NCBI GenBank assembly: GCA_031835245.2
Contig: JAVKOQ020000021.1
Coordinates: 248,001 to 312,000, forward strand
Length of the DNA stretch: 64,000 nucleotides
Reading direction: 5' to 3'
From: Balamuthia mandrillaris
Taxonomy: Eukaryota
Shown here: positions 26,969 to 37,670 of the stretch, piece by piece
How the letters are laid out: the number at the start of each line of letters is the position of its first letter
Numbering within the stretch: position 1 is the first letter of the stretch
The notes under the pieces: model-generated
What the model saw: the letters and a program-made list of their open reading frames with translations, nothing else
Told to the model about the DNA's origin: nothing
Database searches by the model: none
Made by a program: the position numbers and the translations under genes

Positions 26969-27859
26969 TTATTTCTTACACTTTACAATCCAAAGAATAA
27001 TAGAGATGGCGATGAGCACGACGGCGATGGAGGGGACGATCACCACGATGAGGAAGAGGTCCAGCGGCAGCTTCCCCACGACCGGGTCGTTGTCCACGTC
27101 GCCCGTCCAGGGCGTCGGGTCCACGTCGCGCTCGTCCAGGCCCTCGTTGACGAGGAGGCCGCAGATGACCGCCCCCAGGAAGAAGATGAGGGAGATGAAG
27201 AACCAGATGACGCCCCAGCAGCGCGGCGTGCAGGGCGTCATCTGGGCGCACTGCGAGGCGTCGCTCTCGTTGACCCTCCGGCGGATGGTGTCGTCATAGA
27301 TGTCAAACGTGCTGAACATGCAGCTCATCACGCCGACGAAGCTGAGGTAGAGCCGCACGCCCAAAGCCCTCTCGTCCACCCCCGTGAAGCAGAGCGCCAG
27401 CAGGCCCAGGAGGATGCAGAGGAAGATGACGCTCACCGTCAGGGCCACCAGGTTCTTCTTGGCCCACCACATGCTGATCAGCACGGCCAGGATCAGGAAG
27501 AGCGAGGCCCACACGCTCAGCACCCTGGAGAAGGAGAGGATGATCATGATGGCGCCCCACACGGCCGACCCCAGGTAGCCCGCCGGCAGGGTGATGCTCC
27601 GTCGGCCGCCTTCCATGTGGGTCACGCCGCCCTCGTCGAGGTTGACCTCTATGCCCTTGATCTTGGCGCAGGTCAGCACGCCGGCCAGCGCGTGGCTGAG
27701 CTCGTGGAGGAGCACCGTGAAGAGCTTCCAGGGGAAGAGGAAGGGGCTGTTCCAGAGGAGCAGGATGATGACGAAGAACGAGCCCGTCATCCCGAGGAAG
27801 ATCCATTGCTCGGCGGTGAGCTCCCCTGAAACGATGCCATCCAACAAAACGGCTGTCAT
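26969..27859 (-). CDS. Peptidase M50B-like intramembrane zinc metalloprotease
   Basis: Motifs HELSH (HExxH), LPAGYLG and DIYDDTIRRRVNESDA, with multiple TM segments. Intronless. Confidence 0.88.
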   Translation of the reverse strand: MTAVLLDGIVSGELTAEQWIFLGMTGSFFVIILLLWNSPFLFPWKLFTVLLHELSHALAGVLTCAKIKGIEVNLDEGGVTHMEGGRRSITLPAGYLGSAVWGAIMIILSFSRVLSVWASLFLILAVLISMWWAKKNLVALTVSVIFLCILLGLLALCFTGVDERALGVRLYLSFVGVMSCMFSTFDIYDDTIRRRVNESDASQCAQMTPCTPRCWGVIWFFISLIFFLGAVICGLLVNEGLDERDVDPTPWTGDVDNDPVVGKLPLDLFLIVVIVPSIAVVLIAISIILWIVKCKK

Positions 27860-27871
27860 TCTTTTCTCTTC

Positions 27872-27918
<47 letters not shown>

Positions 27919-28114
27919 CTTGGCTCTTCTGTTATCCCCAAAAGAAAGAGAGAAGAAAGAAGAAAGAAGATGTAATAATGTATAATGGATGAATAACTCT
28001 TTATATTAATGAAGCGAATCGCGTTTCAACTTTTGTTACGCTCCTTAGGCGAACGGAACGGAAACAACCCACCTGAGAACCAAAAGCAAGCAACCAAGAA
28101 AGAAGCGTGGACGG

Positions 28115-28764
28115 GACGGGGCAGAGAAGAAAGAGGAAGAGGAGGAAAGCAAAGCCTGGCCCTCCCTTCTCCCATCCTGGGCACGCGCTGAGCTGCTTGG
28201 ACGCGTGGAGTGGCAGCTTCATCGTAAACGGATTGGAAGGGGTTGCTGATTGTTCAGCCAAACTGGGAGAAGCCCCACTCTCTCGATGAGAGCCACTCTC
28301 CAACGAAAAAAGGTGCTTGGACCACCGTTCACCGTCAATAGGTCTGTGGGTGGGCAAAAGCTTGTACCTCAGCAGTTGCGCGGCTGCCTGCCTGTTCCTC
28401 ACTGATGGTGCTCGCTTGGGTTTCACTCTTTTCTTCTTGTAGTAGGTGAGAGGGTGAGCTGGGCAAACCCGGAGGGCAAGGATGAAAGCTTGTTGTCAGA
28501 GGGGGGTGCTGCCGGAAGAAGTGAAGGCGAGACTGCAAAGATTGCAGAGAAGATGTGATGTTTGTGCACAGTTGTTTTTGGAGGCAGAGGCAGCAGCAGG
28601 AGGAGGGAGAGGAAGCAGCAGGAGGAGAAGAAGAAGGGCAAGCAAGGGAAGCGGTGAGGAGGCATTGGGACGAGGGAAGCAGGGTGTGGTGGGAGTTGTG
28701 GTGCTGCAGCCAGAGCTGCTTCCACCGGCCCCTCCCTGCTGCACGTTCCCTTGCACCCAAGTAG
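28115..28764 (+). pseudogene. Scrambled relic of the LRR gene family (5' remnant, internal inversion, intact 3' end)
   Basis: 28120-28185 resembles the LRR gene 5' end. About 28350-28497 is an inverted linker remnant plus one LRR unit. 28497-28764 is nearly identical to 30601-30871. Confidence 0.85.
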
Positions 28765-28984
28765 TTCCTTGTTGTTGTGTTGGGGAAAATTAAAAAAAAA
28801 AAGAAAAGCAAAAGGAGGAATAAAAAGAAAACAGAGGAAAAGGCAAACAACCATCAGCTTCTTGCTCCCGTCGTTGTCTCAAGCTGCTCACTGAGCAGGC
28901 AACCGACGATCCTCGGAGGACAGAGCGTGTAGCAGGGCAGTCATTATTGGCGGCGCAAGAAAGAGGTTTTAAAAGTAACAAAAA

Positions 28985-30871
28985 ATGGAAGCAGCGGCAG
29001 AGAAGAAAGAGGAAGGGGAGGAAAGCCAAGCCCTTCCCCCCCTTCTCCAACGCTTTGCGCACTCCACTGCCTGCGACCTCTCCAACAACAAGTTGAGCGC
29101 CTTGCCGAGGGAGTTTGGCCAGCTCACCTCGCTCACCCGCTGCAACCTCTCCGACAACAAGCTGAGGTCCTTGCCCAAGGAGTTTGGCCTGCTCACCGCT
29201 CTCACCTCCTGTGACCTTGACAAAAACAAGCTGACCACCTTGCCGAAGGAGCTTGCCCAGCTCCGCGCGCTTACCCACCTCGACTTCACCTACAACAAAC
29301 TTTCCTGTTTGCCGAGGGAGTTTGGTGAGCTCACCGCTCTCACCTGCTGTGACCTCTCCTGCAACAGGCTGAGCTCCTTGCCGCAGGAGTTTGGCCAGCT
29401 CTCCGCTCTCACCTCCTGCAACCTCTCCCACAACCAGCTGAGCTCCTTGCCAAGGGAATTTGGCCTGCTCTCCACTCTCACTAAGTGCTATCTCCAAGCC
29501 AACCAGCTGAGCTCCTTGCCGAGGGAGTTTGGCCAGCTCTCCGCTCTCACCTGCTGCAGTCTCTCCTGCAACTATCTGAGCTCCTTGCCGAGGGAGGTTG
29601 GCCAGCTCTCCTCTCTCACCCGCTGCGACCTGTCCTTCAACAAGCTTACGTCCTTGCCGAGGGAGCTTGGCCTGCTCACCTCTCTCACCTCCTGCTACCT
29701 TCACCACAACCAGCTGAGCTGCTTGCCGAGGGAGTTTGGCCAGCTCACTGCTCTCACTCGCTGCAACCTCTCCAAAAACCAGCTGAGCGCCATGCTGAGA
29801 GAGTTTGGTCAACTCACTGCTCTCACTGAGTGCGACCTCTCCCACAACAAGCTTTCATCCTTGCCCTCCGAGTTTGGCCAGCTCACCGCTCTCACTCGAT
29901 ACAAGCTCTCCGACAACAAGCTGAGCTGCTTGCCCAAGGAGTTTGGCCTGCTCACCGCTCTCACCCACTGCGACCTCTCCTACAACCTACTGACCGCCTT
30001 GCCGAGGGAGTTTGGCCTGCTCACCGCTCTCACTAGCTGTGACCTCTCCTGGAATAAGCTGAGGTGCTTGCCGAGGGAGTTTGGCCAGCTCACCGCTCTC
30101 ACCTCCTGCTACCTTCACCACAACCAGCTGAGCTGCTTGCCGAGGGAGTTTGGCCAGCTCTCCACCCTCAACTATTGCAGGTTGAGTGGCAACCCCTTGG
30201 CAGCACTGCCTTGTTCCATGGTTTGGCTTCTTCCCTCCTTGAAAACGTTCTTCCTTCAACCCTTTCAACGGCAAGAAGCACTTCTCCAACAAACAGAAGA
30301 ACGTGAAAAGGAAGAGCAAGAGGAGGAGAAGGAGAAGGGAAAAAAGGAAAGAGAGAAACCCAAGCAAGCACCAGCCACAAGGAACAAGCAGACAGCTGTG
30401 AAAAGCTTGTGGCACTTGAGCGGAGAGGCGGTGCTGAGGAACCAGCTTTTGCCACCTGGCTTGTTGACCGCTGTTCGAGACCCGCCGCCCTTCTCTTGGC
30501 TTTCTTCTTCTCCTCTGAAGGTGGAGAGGACCACAAATCAGCAGCAGCAAGGAACCAAAGAAGAAAGGCAAGAAGGAGAAGAAGGGAGCGAGGAGGTGGG
30601 CAGAGGGGGGGTGCTGCCGGAAGAAGTGAAGGAGAGACTGCAAAGATTGCAGAGAAGATGTGATGTTTGTGCACAGTTGTTTTTGGAGGCAGAGGCAGAG
30701 GCAGAGAAGGAGGGAGAGGAAGCAGCAGGAGGAGAAGAAGAAGGGCAAGCAAGGGAAGTGGTGAGGAGGCATTGGGACGAGGAAAGCGGGGTGTGGTGGG
30801 AGTTGTTGTGTTGCAGCCAGAGCTGCTTCCACCGGCCCCTCCCTGCTGCACGTTCCCTTGCACCCAAGTAG
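28985..30871 (+). CDS. Intronless LRR protein (17 x 23-aa repeats) with BC-box/cullin-box-like and Cys-rich C-terminus
   Basis: Repeat consensus LxxLTxCxLSxNxLxxLPREFGQ. C-terminal motifs SLWHLSGEAV, LPEEVKERL, CDVC and CCSQSC. Confidence 0.92.
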   Translation: MEAAAEKKEEGEESQALPPLLQRFAHSTACDLSNNKLSALPREFGQLTSLTRCNLSDNKLRSLPKEFGLLTALTSCDLDKNKLTTLPKELAQLRALTHLDFTYNKLSCLPREFGELTALTCCDLSCNRLSSLPQEFGQLSALTSCNLSHNQLSSLPREFGLLSTLTKCYLQANQLSSLPREFGQLSALTCCSLSCNYLSSLPREVGQLSSLTRCDLSFNKLTSLPRELGLLTSLTSCYLHHNQLSCLPREFGQLTALTRCNLSKNQLSAMLREFGQLTALTECDLSHNKLSSLPSEFGQLTALTRYKLSDNKLSCLPKEFGLLTALTHCDLSYNLLTALPREFGLLTALTSCDLSWNKLRCLPREFGQLTALTSCYLHHNQLSCLPREFGQLSTLNYCRLSGNPLAALPCSMVWLLPSLKTFFLQPFQRQEALLQQTEEREKEEQEEEKEKGKKEREKPKQAPATRNKQTAVKSLWHLSGEAVLRNQLLPPGLLTAVRDPPPFSWLSSSPLKVERTTNQQQQGTKEERQEGEEGSEEVGRGGVLPEEVKERLQRLQRRCDVCAQLFLEAEAEAEKEGEEAAGGEEEGQAREVVRRHWDEESGVWWELLCCSQSCFHRPLPAARSLAPK

Positions 30872-31526
30872 TTTCTTCTTCTTTTGTTTTTCTTTTTCTA
30901 TCTTTCATTTCTCAACAAATAAAGAAGACAAAAACAACCATTGCTGCCATCTCTGGCAAACGCCTCCGCCACCACTTTTTCTTCTTAAAATAGTAGGACA
31001 TGCAAAGGGCAATCCAGAACGCTGAAGATGCAGTCTTCCATGAACGAATAAAACACATGTGAATCCTCCACCGGACGACCCAGAAGGAAGAAGTTTCAAC
31101 TAGCATCCGTCTCCACTCATGACAACATTGCACTGACCAAGTCATGCTCTGGCACATAGCTACAGAAGCTCACGCAATCCTTCCAAGTGGAGTTGGATCA
31201 ACTGTTCCTCCTTCCACCTCTAGACATCCACGATGGCTTCAACAGGCGGAGGCACAACTCTCACCTCAGCTATGACCCCCCAACCGCTTGACTACTGGAC
31301 TGCTATCGCTCCGCACTGCACAGCACACTTTGCCTTCTCCCCTCATGAGAAGGCTCTGTTTGGCATGAAATCATCTATCGAGCAAGCGCACAACAACATT
31401 CTCCTTAGAAAATCTGCTGTGATACAAACAAGCTTTAAATACTACCAAACTCTCCCACCGTACTTCACTGTGCTCCCTGTTTCCACAGCGTGAACAAAGG
31501 AGAAGGCTATATATATAAAAAAAAAA

Positions 31527-33488
31527 ATGGAGGCAGCAGCAGCAGCGAGGAAAGAGGAGGGGGAGGACCGCACAGCCCTTCCTCCCCTTCTCCAAAGCTT
31601 TGCACACTCCACCCACTGCGACCTCTCCCGCAACGAGCTGACCGCCTTGCCGAGGGAGTTTGGTCGGCTCACCTCTCTCACTCACTGCAACCTCTCCCGC
31701 AACCAGCTGAGCTGCTTGCCGAGGGAGTTTGGCCAGCTCAGCTCTCTCACCCACTGCGACCTCTCCCACAACCAGCTGAGCGCCTTGCCGAGGGAGTTTG
31801 GCCAGCTAGCCTCTCTCACCCACTGCAGCCTCTCCTGCAACCAGCTGAGCTGCTTGCCGAGGGAGTTTGGCCTTCTCACCGCTCTCACTCACTGCGACCT
31901 CCACAATAGCCAGCTGAGCTGCTTGCCGAGGGAGTTTGGCCAGCTCACCTCTCTCACCCGCTGCGACCTCTCCTACGTTAAGCTGAGGTCCTTGCCCTCC
32001 GAGTTTGGCCTGCTCATCGCTCTCACTGACTGCAACCTCTCCTTCAACAAGCTGAGCTGCTTGCCGAGGGAGTTTGGCCAGCTCAGCTCTCTCACCCACT
32101 GCGACCTCTCAAGCTATTACCTGAGCTCCTTGCCAAAGGAGTTTGGTGAGCTCACCGCTCTCACTGACTGCAAGCTCTCCTTCAACAAGCTGACCGCCTT
32201 GCCGAGGGAGTTTGGCCAGCTCTCCGCTCTCACTCGCTGCGGCCTCTCCTGCAACCAGCTGAGCTGCTTGCCGAGGGAGTTTGGCCAGCTCTCCGCTCTC
32301 ACCCGCTGCGGCCTCTCCAGGAACCAGCTGAGCTGTTTGCCGAGGGAGTTTGGCCAGCTCTCCGCTCTCACCTTCTGCGACCTCTTCCACAACCAGCTGA
32401 GCTCCTTGCCGCAGGAGTTTGGCCAGCTCCGCGCTCTCACCCACTGCGACCTCTCCCACAACAAGCTGAGCTGCTTGCCAAAGGAGTTTGGACAGCTCAC
32501 CGCTCTCACTGAGTGCGACTTCTCCTTAAACAAGCTGGGCTGCTTGCCAAGGGAGTTTGGACAGCTCACCGCCCTCACTAGCTGCGACCTCTCCGACAAC
32601 AAGCTTTCATCCTTGCCCTCCGGGTTTGGCCAGCTCACCGCTCTCACTGACTGCAACCTCTCCTTCAATAAGCTCAGCTCCTTGTCGAGGGAGTTTGGCC
32701 AGCTCTCCGCTCTCACCCGCTGCGACCTCTGCAACAACCAACTGAGCTGCTTGCCGAGGGAGTTTGGCCAGCTCACTGCTCTCACTGACTGCGACCTCTC
32801 CAACAACAAGCTGAGCTGCTTGCCGAGGGAGTTTGGCCAGCTGACCACCCTCAACAATTGCAGGTTGAGCGGTAACCCCTTGGCAGCACTGCCTTGTTCC
32901 ATGGTTTGGCTTCTTCCCTCCTTGAAAACGTTCTTGAAGGAGGAGAAGCAGAAGGGAAGGATGGAAAGATTGAAACCCAAGCAAGCACCAGCCACAAGGA
33001 ACAAGCAGGCAGCCGTGAAAAGCTTGTGGCACTTGAGTGGAGAGGCGGTGCTGAGGAACCAGCTTTTGCCACCTGGCTTGTTGCCCGCTGTTCGAGACCC
33101 GCCGCCCTTCTCTTGGCTTTCTTCTTCTCTTCTGAAGGTGGAGAGGACCACAAACCAGCAGCAGCAAGGAACCAAAGAAGAAAGGAAAGAAGAAGAAGGG
33201 AGAGGGGAGGTGGGGGTGGGGGTCCTGCCAGAAGAAGTGAAGGCGAGACTGCAAAGATTGCAAAGGAGATGTGATGTTTGTGCACAGTTGTTTTTGGAGA
33301 CAGAAGCAGAGGTGGAGGAGGAGGGGGAGGAAGAAGCAGCAGGAGAAGAAGAAGGGCAAGCAAGGGAAGCGGTGAGGAGGCATTGGGACAAGGGAAGAAG
33401 GGTGTGGTGGGAGTTGTTGTGTTGCAGCCAGAGCTGCTTCCACCGGCCCCTTCCACATTCCTATTTGCCTCTTCTAACAAATAAATGA
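31527..33488 (+). CDS. Tandem paralogous intronless LRR protein (19 x 23-aa repeats)
   Basis: Same architecture as 28985-30871, with near-identical N- and C-termini. Confidence 0.92.
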   Translation: MEAAAAARKEEGEDRTALPPLLQSFAHSTHCDLSRNELTALPREFGRLTSLTHCNLSRNQLSCLPREFGQLSSLTHCDLSHNQLSALPREFGQLASLTHCSLSCNQLSCLPREFGLLTALTHCDLHNSQLSCLPREFGQLTSLTRCDLSYVKLRSLPSEFGLLIALTDCNLSFNKLSCLPREFGQLSSLTHCDLSSYYLSSLPKEFGELTALTDCKLSFNKLTALPREFGQLSALTRCGLSCNQLSCLPREFGQLSALTRCGLSRNQLSCLPREFGQLSALTFCDLFHNQLSSLPQEFGQLRALTHCDLSHNKLSCLPKEFGQLTALTECDFSLNKLGCLPREFGQLTALTSCDLSDNKLSSLPSGFGQLTALTDCNLSFNKLSSLSREFGQLSALTRCDLCNNQLSCLPREFGQLTALTDCDLSNNKLSCLPREFGQLTTLNNCRLSGNPLAALPCSMVWLLPSLKTFLKEEKQKGRMERLKPKQAPATRNKQAAVKSLWHLSGEAVLRNQLLPPGLLPAVRDPPPFSWLSSSLLKVERTTNQQQQGTKEERKEEEGRGEVGVGVLPEEVKARLQRLQRRCDVCAQLFLETEAEVEEEGEEEAAGEEEGQAREAVRRHWDKGRRVWWELLCCSQSCFHRPLPHSYLPLLTNK

Positions 33489-33522
33489 CAGAAATAATAA
33501 CCAGAAAGAAAGAAAGAAACGT

Positions 33523-36500
33523 TTATAAATGATGGTGAGAAACGACAGAAGCAACGCGGCACTCGGAGTGAGTGACGAGAACATAAAGGCGTTGAGGTAA
33601 TGAGAAAGATAAAGGAGACGGAACCATCGATCGAAGGATGTATTCTTTGGCCTGTGGTGCTCTTTGTTGTCTCTCTTCTCGACCTTTTTTTTTGTTGTTT
33701 AAACATACGTTAAAGAAAAGAAGATGACAGAAAAAGAAGAGAAAAGAGACAAAGGGAAGGAACGCAAAGAGAGACAGAAATTGAAGAAGAAAAGACAGAG
33801 TACCAAATGAATGAGCGTTGGTATGATAGAGGAAAAGACTTTTGGCTTGGGTCAAAGCATCTCCTCTGCTCAATACGACTTCATCAGCAGCTGCATTGTT
33901 GATATTTATCATATTTGCCATCAACCGACCCACCACTTCATTTTGATTAGGTAACTATCCAGAAAAAGAAAAAGAGTTAGAAGAAAGAAAGAACGGTAAA
34001 GCAAAGAGAGAACCGTGCAAGAGAGAGGTGGCAGTGGCACATAACTGTTCTGTCTGCGTAATAATTTGAAGCAACTGTGTTTGAACAGTTGTTCTGTTTG
34101 TTTGTTTGTTTGTTTGTTTGTTTGTTTGTTTGTTTGTTTGTTTGTTTGTTTGTTTGTTTGTTTGTTTGTTTGTTTGTTTGTTTGTTTGTTTGTTTGTTTG
34201 TTTGTTTGTTTGTTTTGTTTGTTTGTTTGTTTGTTTGTTTGTTTGTTTGTTTGTTTGTTTGTTTGTTTGTTTGTTTGTTTGTTTGTTTGTTTGTTTGTTT
34301 GTTTGTTTGTTTGTTTTTGTTAAGAAATGAAAAGAAGATCAACAACAATAAGAGAAGGAAGAAGGACATAGCAGGAAAAGTTACGTGATGGTGGACGTAT
34401 CAATGGAGCGTAAAAGTTGACGGAGGGACTCCAATGCCTCTTTCACTGGTGCTATGTGAACAGCACACGGCAGCCTACACAATGAACTGTATGCACAAGA
34501 TAAACCCACTCCCATCATTCTTATGTATCGTGCAAGAAAACATCGTTAGAGGAAGAAAAAAAACGAAACAAGAAGAAAGAAGAAAGAAGAAAGAAGAAGA
34601 ATGAAGCAAAGACAGAAGACAGGAAAAATAAGAGCCTTGAAAAGGAGATAAAAGGTATGTACTGTTGCATGAAGGAAAAGGGAGAGAGCGTTTCCAAGTA
34701 ATGAAGAGCCTTTTCAGCCTCTTTGTTGTGGTCGAACAACAACTTCTGGGAGGTGATGGGCACTGCTCGTGCTTCTTGCCACGTTTGCAACCACAGATTG
34801 TTCGCCATCTGCATTCGGGTGCTCAAATATCCAACCATTGTTTTTCCGTTCTCTTCAAACTCGAAATAATTTGGTAACTTTAGCTCTTCTTCTTTTTCTA
34901 GTTGACCCTCTTTCTCCTCTAATGCATTTTCGTTTTCTTCTTGTTTATCTTCTGTTCTTTTTGCGTCTTCTTCTTCCTTGCGTTGTTTGCGTTCTTGTTT
35001 CTTTCGTGCATAGTCAGCGAGCATCTGCTCTTTGCTCTCTACTATCCAATCGCTGGGAGAGTACCATCGCACGAAATCCTCTAAAATGCAACCCGGGTTT
35101 GCTGCTTTGAACGCTTCCATGTCTGTTTTCATTTGTTTCTTATTAACCACAAAAAGAGGAGAGAAGTGACGAAAGAAAGAAGAAGAACAAACCAGAGAGT
35201 AATGATGCGCTTTGCATCTTTGCTCGAATCTGTTGAGCTTCAATCGAACTTCCCAGTTCCTCAAATATCTTCTCTTGTTCCTCCAACATGTCTTCTGTCA
35301 TCCATCCGTGGGGTTGTGTAAATGGCACCCACATTTCTTCTCCACTCGCTAACAATCTTTCTGTTCTATTCTTCTTGCTTTCTGGTTTCTTTTCATTCGC
35401 TTCTCGTTCTTCGGAAGGATCAGAAGAGATAATGAAGAGTTCTTTTGCCCCTTTGCGTCCTTGTTGTGAATTGTTTGTTGCTTCATTGCTGTTGCCATTG
35501 CTTGTATCAGTCTCTTCTTGTGATGAAGGGTCATCTGGTAACTAAAGAGGATACAGGTGTCACTTGTGCTGTCGTTGAACTCTAAGAAAATTGAAGACAA
35601 CAAAAGGAATGAAAGAATACCTCGATTTCAGCATCATCCCAACCGCTGGTTTCCGCTGCTTCATCATCCTCTAAACCAATGTCCCATCCTTTATCTCCTC
35701 CTCCTTCTTCTTCTTCTTCTTCTTCTTCAACTAGTTCATCCTCAGTGAACGCAAATCTACTGGTTATCACGTTTTGCTCTTGTTGTGAATTGTCTTCTGA
35801 TTGCTGGAGGTCTTCATTGCAACGTACTGCTGCCTTGAGTTTTTGCTCTATTTCTGCATTTGACTTTTCTCCTAATGCTAACTTGCGTTCGATGCAGTAA
35901 TTTATCTAATAGTTGTTTTCAGTATTTGCCTCATAAGCAGAAGATAACATGAAGAAGATGAAGATGAAGAAGCAGAAGAGAAGCAGAAGCAGAAGCAGAA
36001 GTAGGAAAAGAGGAAGAAGAGGAAGGAGATTAAGATAAAGCGAGAAAAAAACCAGTTGAAGCTTTTGATAAAGAAGACAGGTGCTATAGTTCATTCTTTG
36101 TCGTTCAATCCGTGGAATAAACTTGAGGTTGTCCCAATGCCATCTGCATTCTTTCACAAACTCGTTCCACACAACTGCTATCGCTGTAAGAATTCCATGA
36201 GAATACAATACAAATACATACACAAAAACAAGGAACGGGCAGAAGAAAACAGAACCAAAACAAGTGATTGAATAGAGACTTACCGTTAAGACCCTCGAGA
36301 CTCAACAAACAAGAAGATAAAGAAGACAACAAAGAACCAGGTGGCGCTGACTTTAGCGATCGTTGAAGCTCCACGATCGGTTGAGAATAGATGGGAAAGT
36401 AACTCTCCTCATTTGTTTGTTTCGTGGATGTTACCTTTGAAAACTCTTTTTCAGGATCGAATAAATATTGAAGCATGCTATCTATTTCTTGTGCTGTTGG

Positions 36501-37635
36501 AAAGTGAGCTGCTGATTGCAAGGAAGCGGCTAACGAACGGCCAATTGATTCCATCGCGTATAACACTCTAGCTTCGCCTTCCATCTCATTCGTGGGTCGT
36601 CCCTTCGGCACTGGTGTACGTAAAGAGGGGTTAGCGGGAAAGAAAATAAAACGCAAAACAAAAAGGATGAGAACCAGATAACAAAAGATTGTGCATAGAA
36701 ATCCATTTCTTTGACTCGACGTAAGCAGACAAAAAGCACTTGAGCGACTCTGATAAAAAGTAGACATTACTGGTGCGTTGAAGAAGAAGAATAAAATCAA
36801 TGAGTATTCACAAATCGCTTTTCTCTTCTCTGTTGAACGTACTTTTTTTTGTATATACACCGCAAAGACCACTTCGGCTCTGTTTTCACAACAACGCCCT
36901 CCACAGAAGAAGCACCTGGTGTTAAAATTTTTTTGTTGTGAAGAGATTCCCGTTGAGACAGTACTTGAAAAATGGGTGCACTTTCCCATGTGACCGCCAA
37001 ATGCATCGCTTGCCAATGCTCCAAGTTAGTTCAGGAAGAAAAATAGAAAGAGTAGAATTGTACCATCTATTGGATCTTTGGTAGTACCCCAAAGCAACTC
37101 TGATTCCCAGAATCCCTCCAATGGCTTCGTTTTGTTTGCTTTGTTGTTGTTTGCTGGAGTGGTTATAAGTGGAAAGGGCTAGATAGAAAGGTAGAGAGAA
37201 AAGCGAGAAAAGAAAGAGCGGAGATACAGACCTTGGCGATATACTTTGCGATTTCTGTTTCTCATGCGTTCCATAAGATCTTTTCGCCAGGCGTTATGTT
37301 CCCAATCTCCTCTCATATAAGTATGTCGCGCAGCAAAACAGATATCCTCTTCCATCTTTCTTCTTTCTCTCTGTGTATTCGAGAGCTCTTCTTCAAGGAA
37401 GCCATTGTCCTCTCGAGCGAATGCCGATTCCGGTTGAAACTGTTGTGCAAAGCGTTTAAGGATGGGAGAAGCTGTTTGCCACTGAGAAGGAGTGGTATGT
37501 CTCATGTTGCATTCCCAACGCACACTCGTGTTGGAGGGAGGATGGGCCATATACCCAACATATATTCCTTTCCATCGTTCATCCTTGGGAACAAAAATAG
37601 GAATAGGACTTTTTGTGGGAGCAGAGAAAGAGGAT

Positions 37636-37670
<35 letters not shown>

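Noticed and set aside
26969..27859. Horizontal transfer of the GC-rich intronless M50B gene
   Set aside because: Similar GC3-rich patches occur in intron-containing genes here (PDX1, DLD, the MPTb gene), and the family is known in eukaryotes. Composition alone is insufficient.
28790..33458. Long antisense ORFs over the LRR genes (e.g. 28790-29845, 32117-33391)
   Set aside because: They are shadows of a stop-free 69-bp tandem repeat and have no independent motif.
28985..33488. Diversity-generating retroelement: variable LRR codons are mostly NNC, like AAC-templated mutagenesis
   Set aside because: There is no reverse transcriptase or template repeat in the window. C-ending codons are the general bias of these genes, the adjacent Asn AAC codon is mostly invariant, and AAA/TGG/GAG variants also occur.
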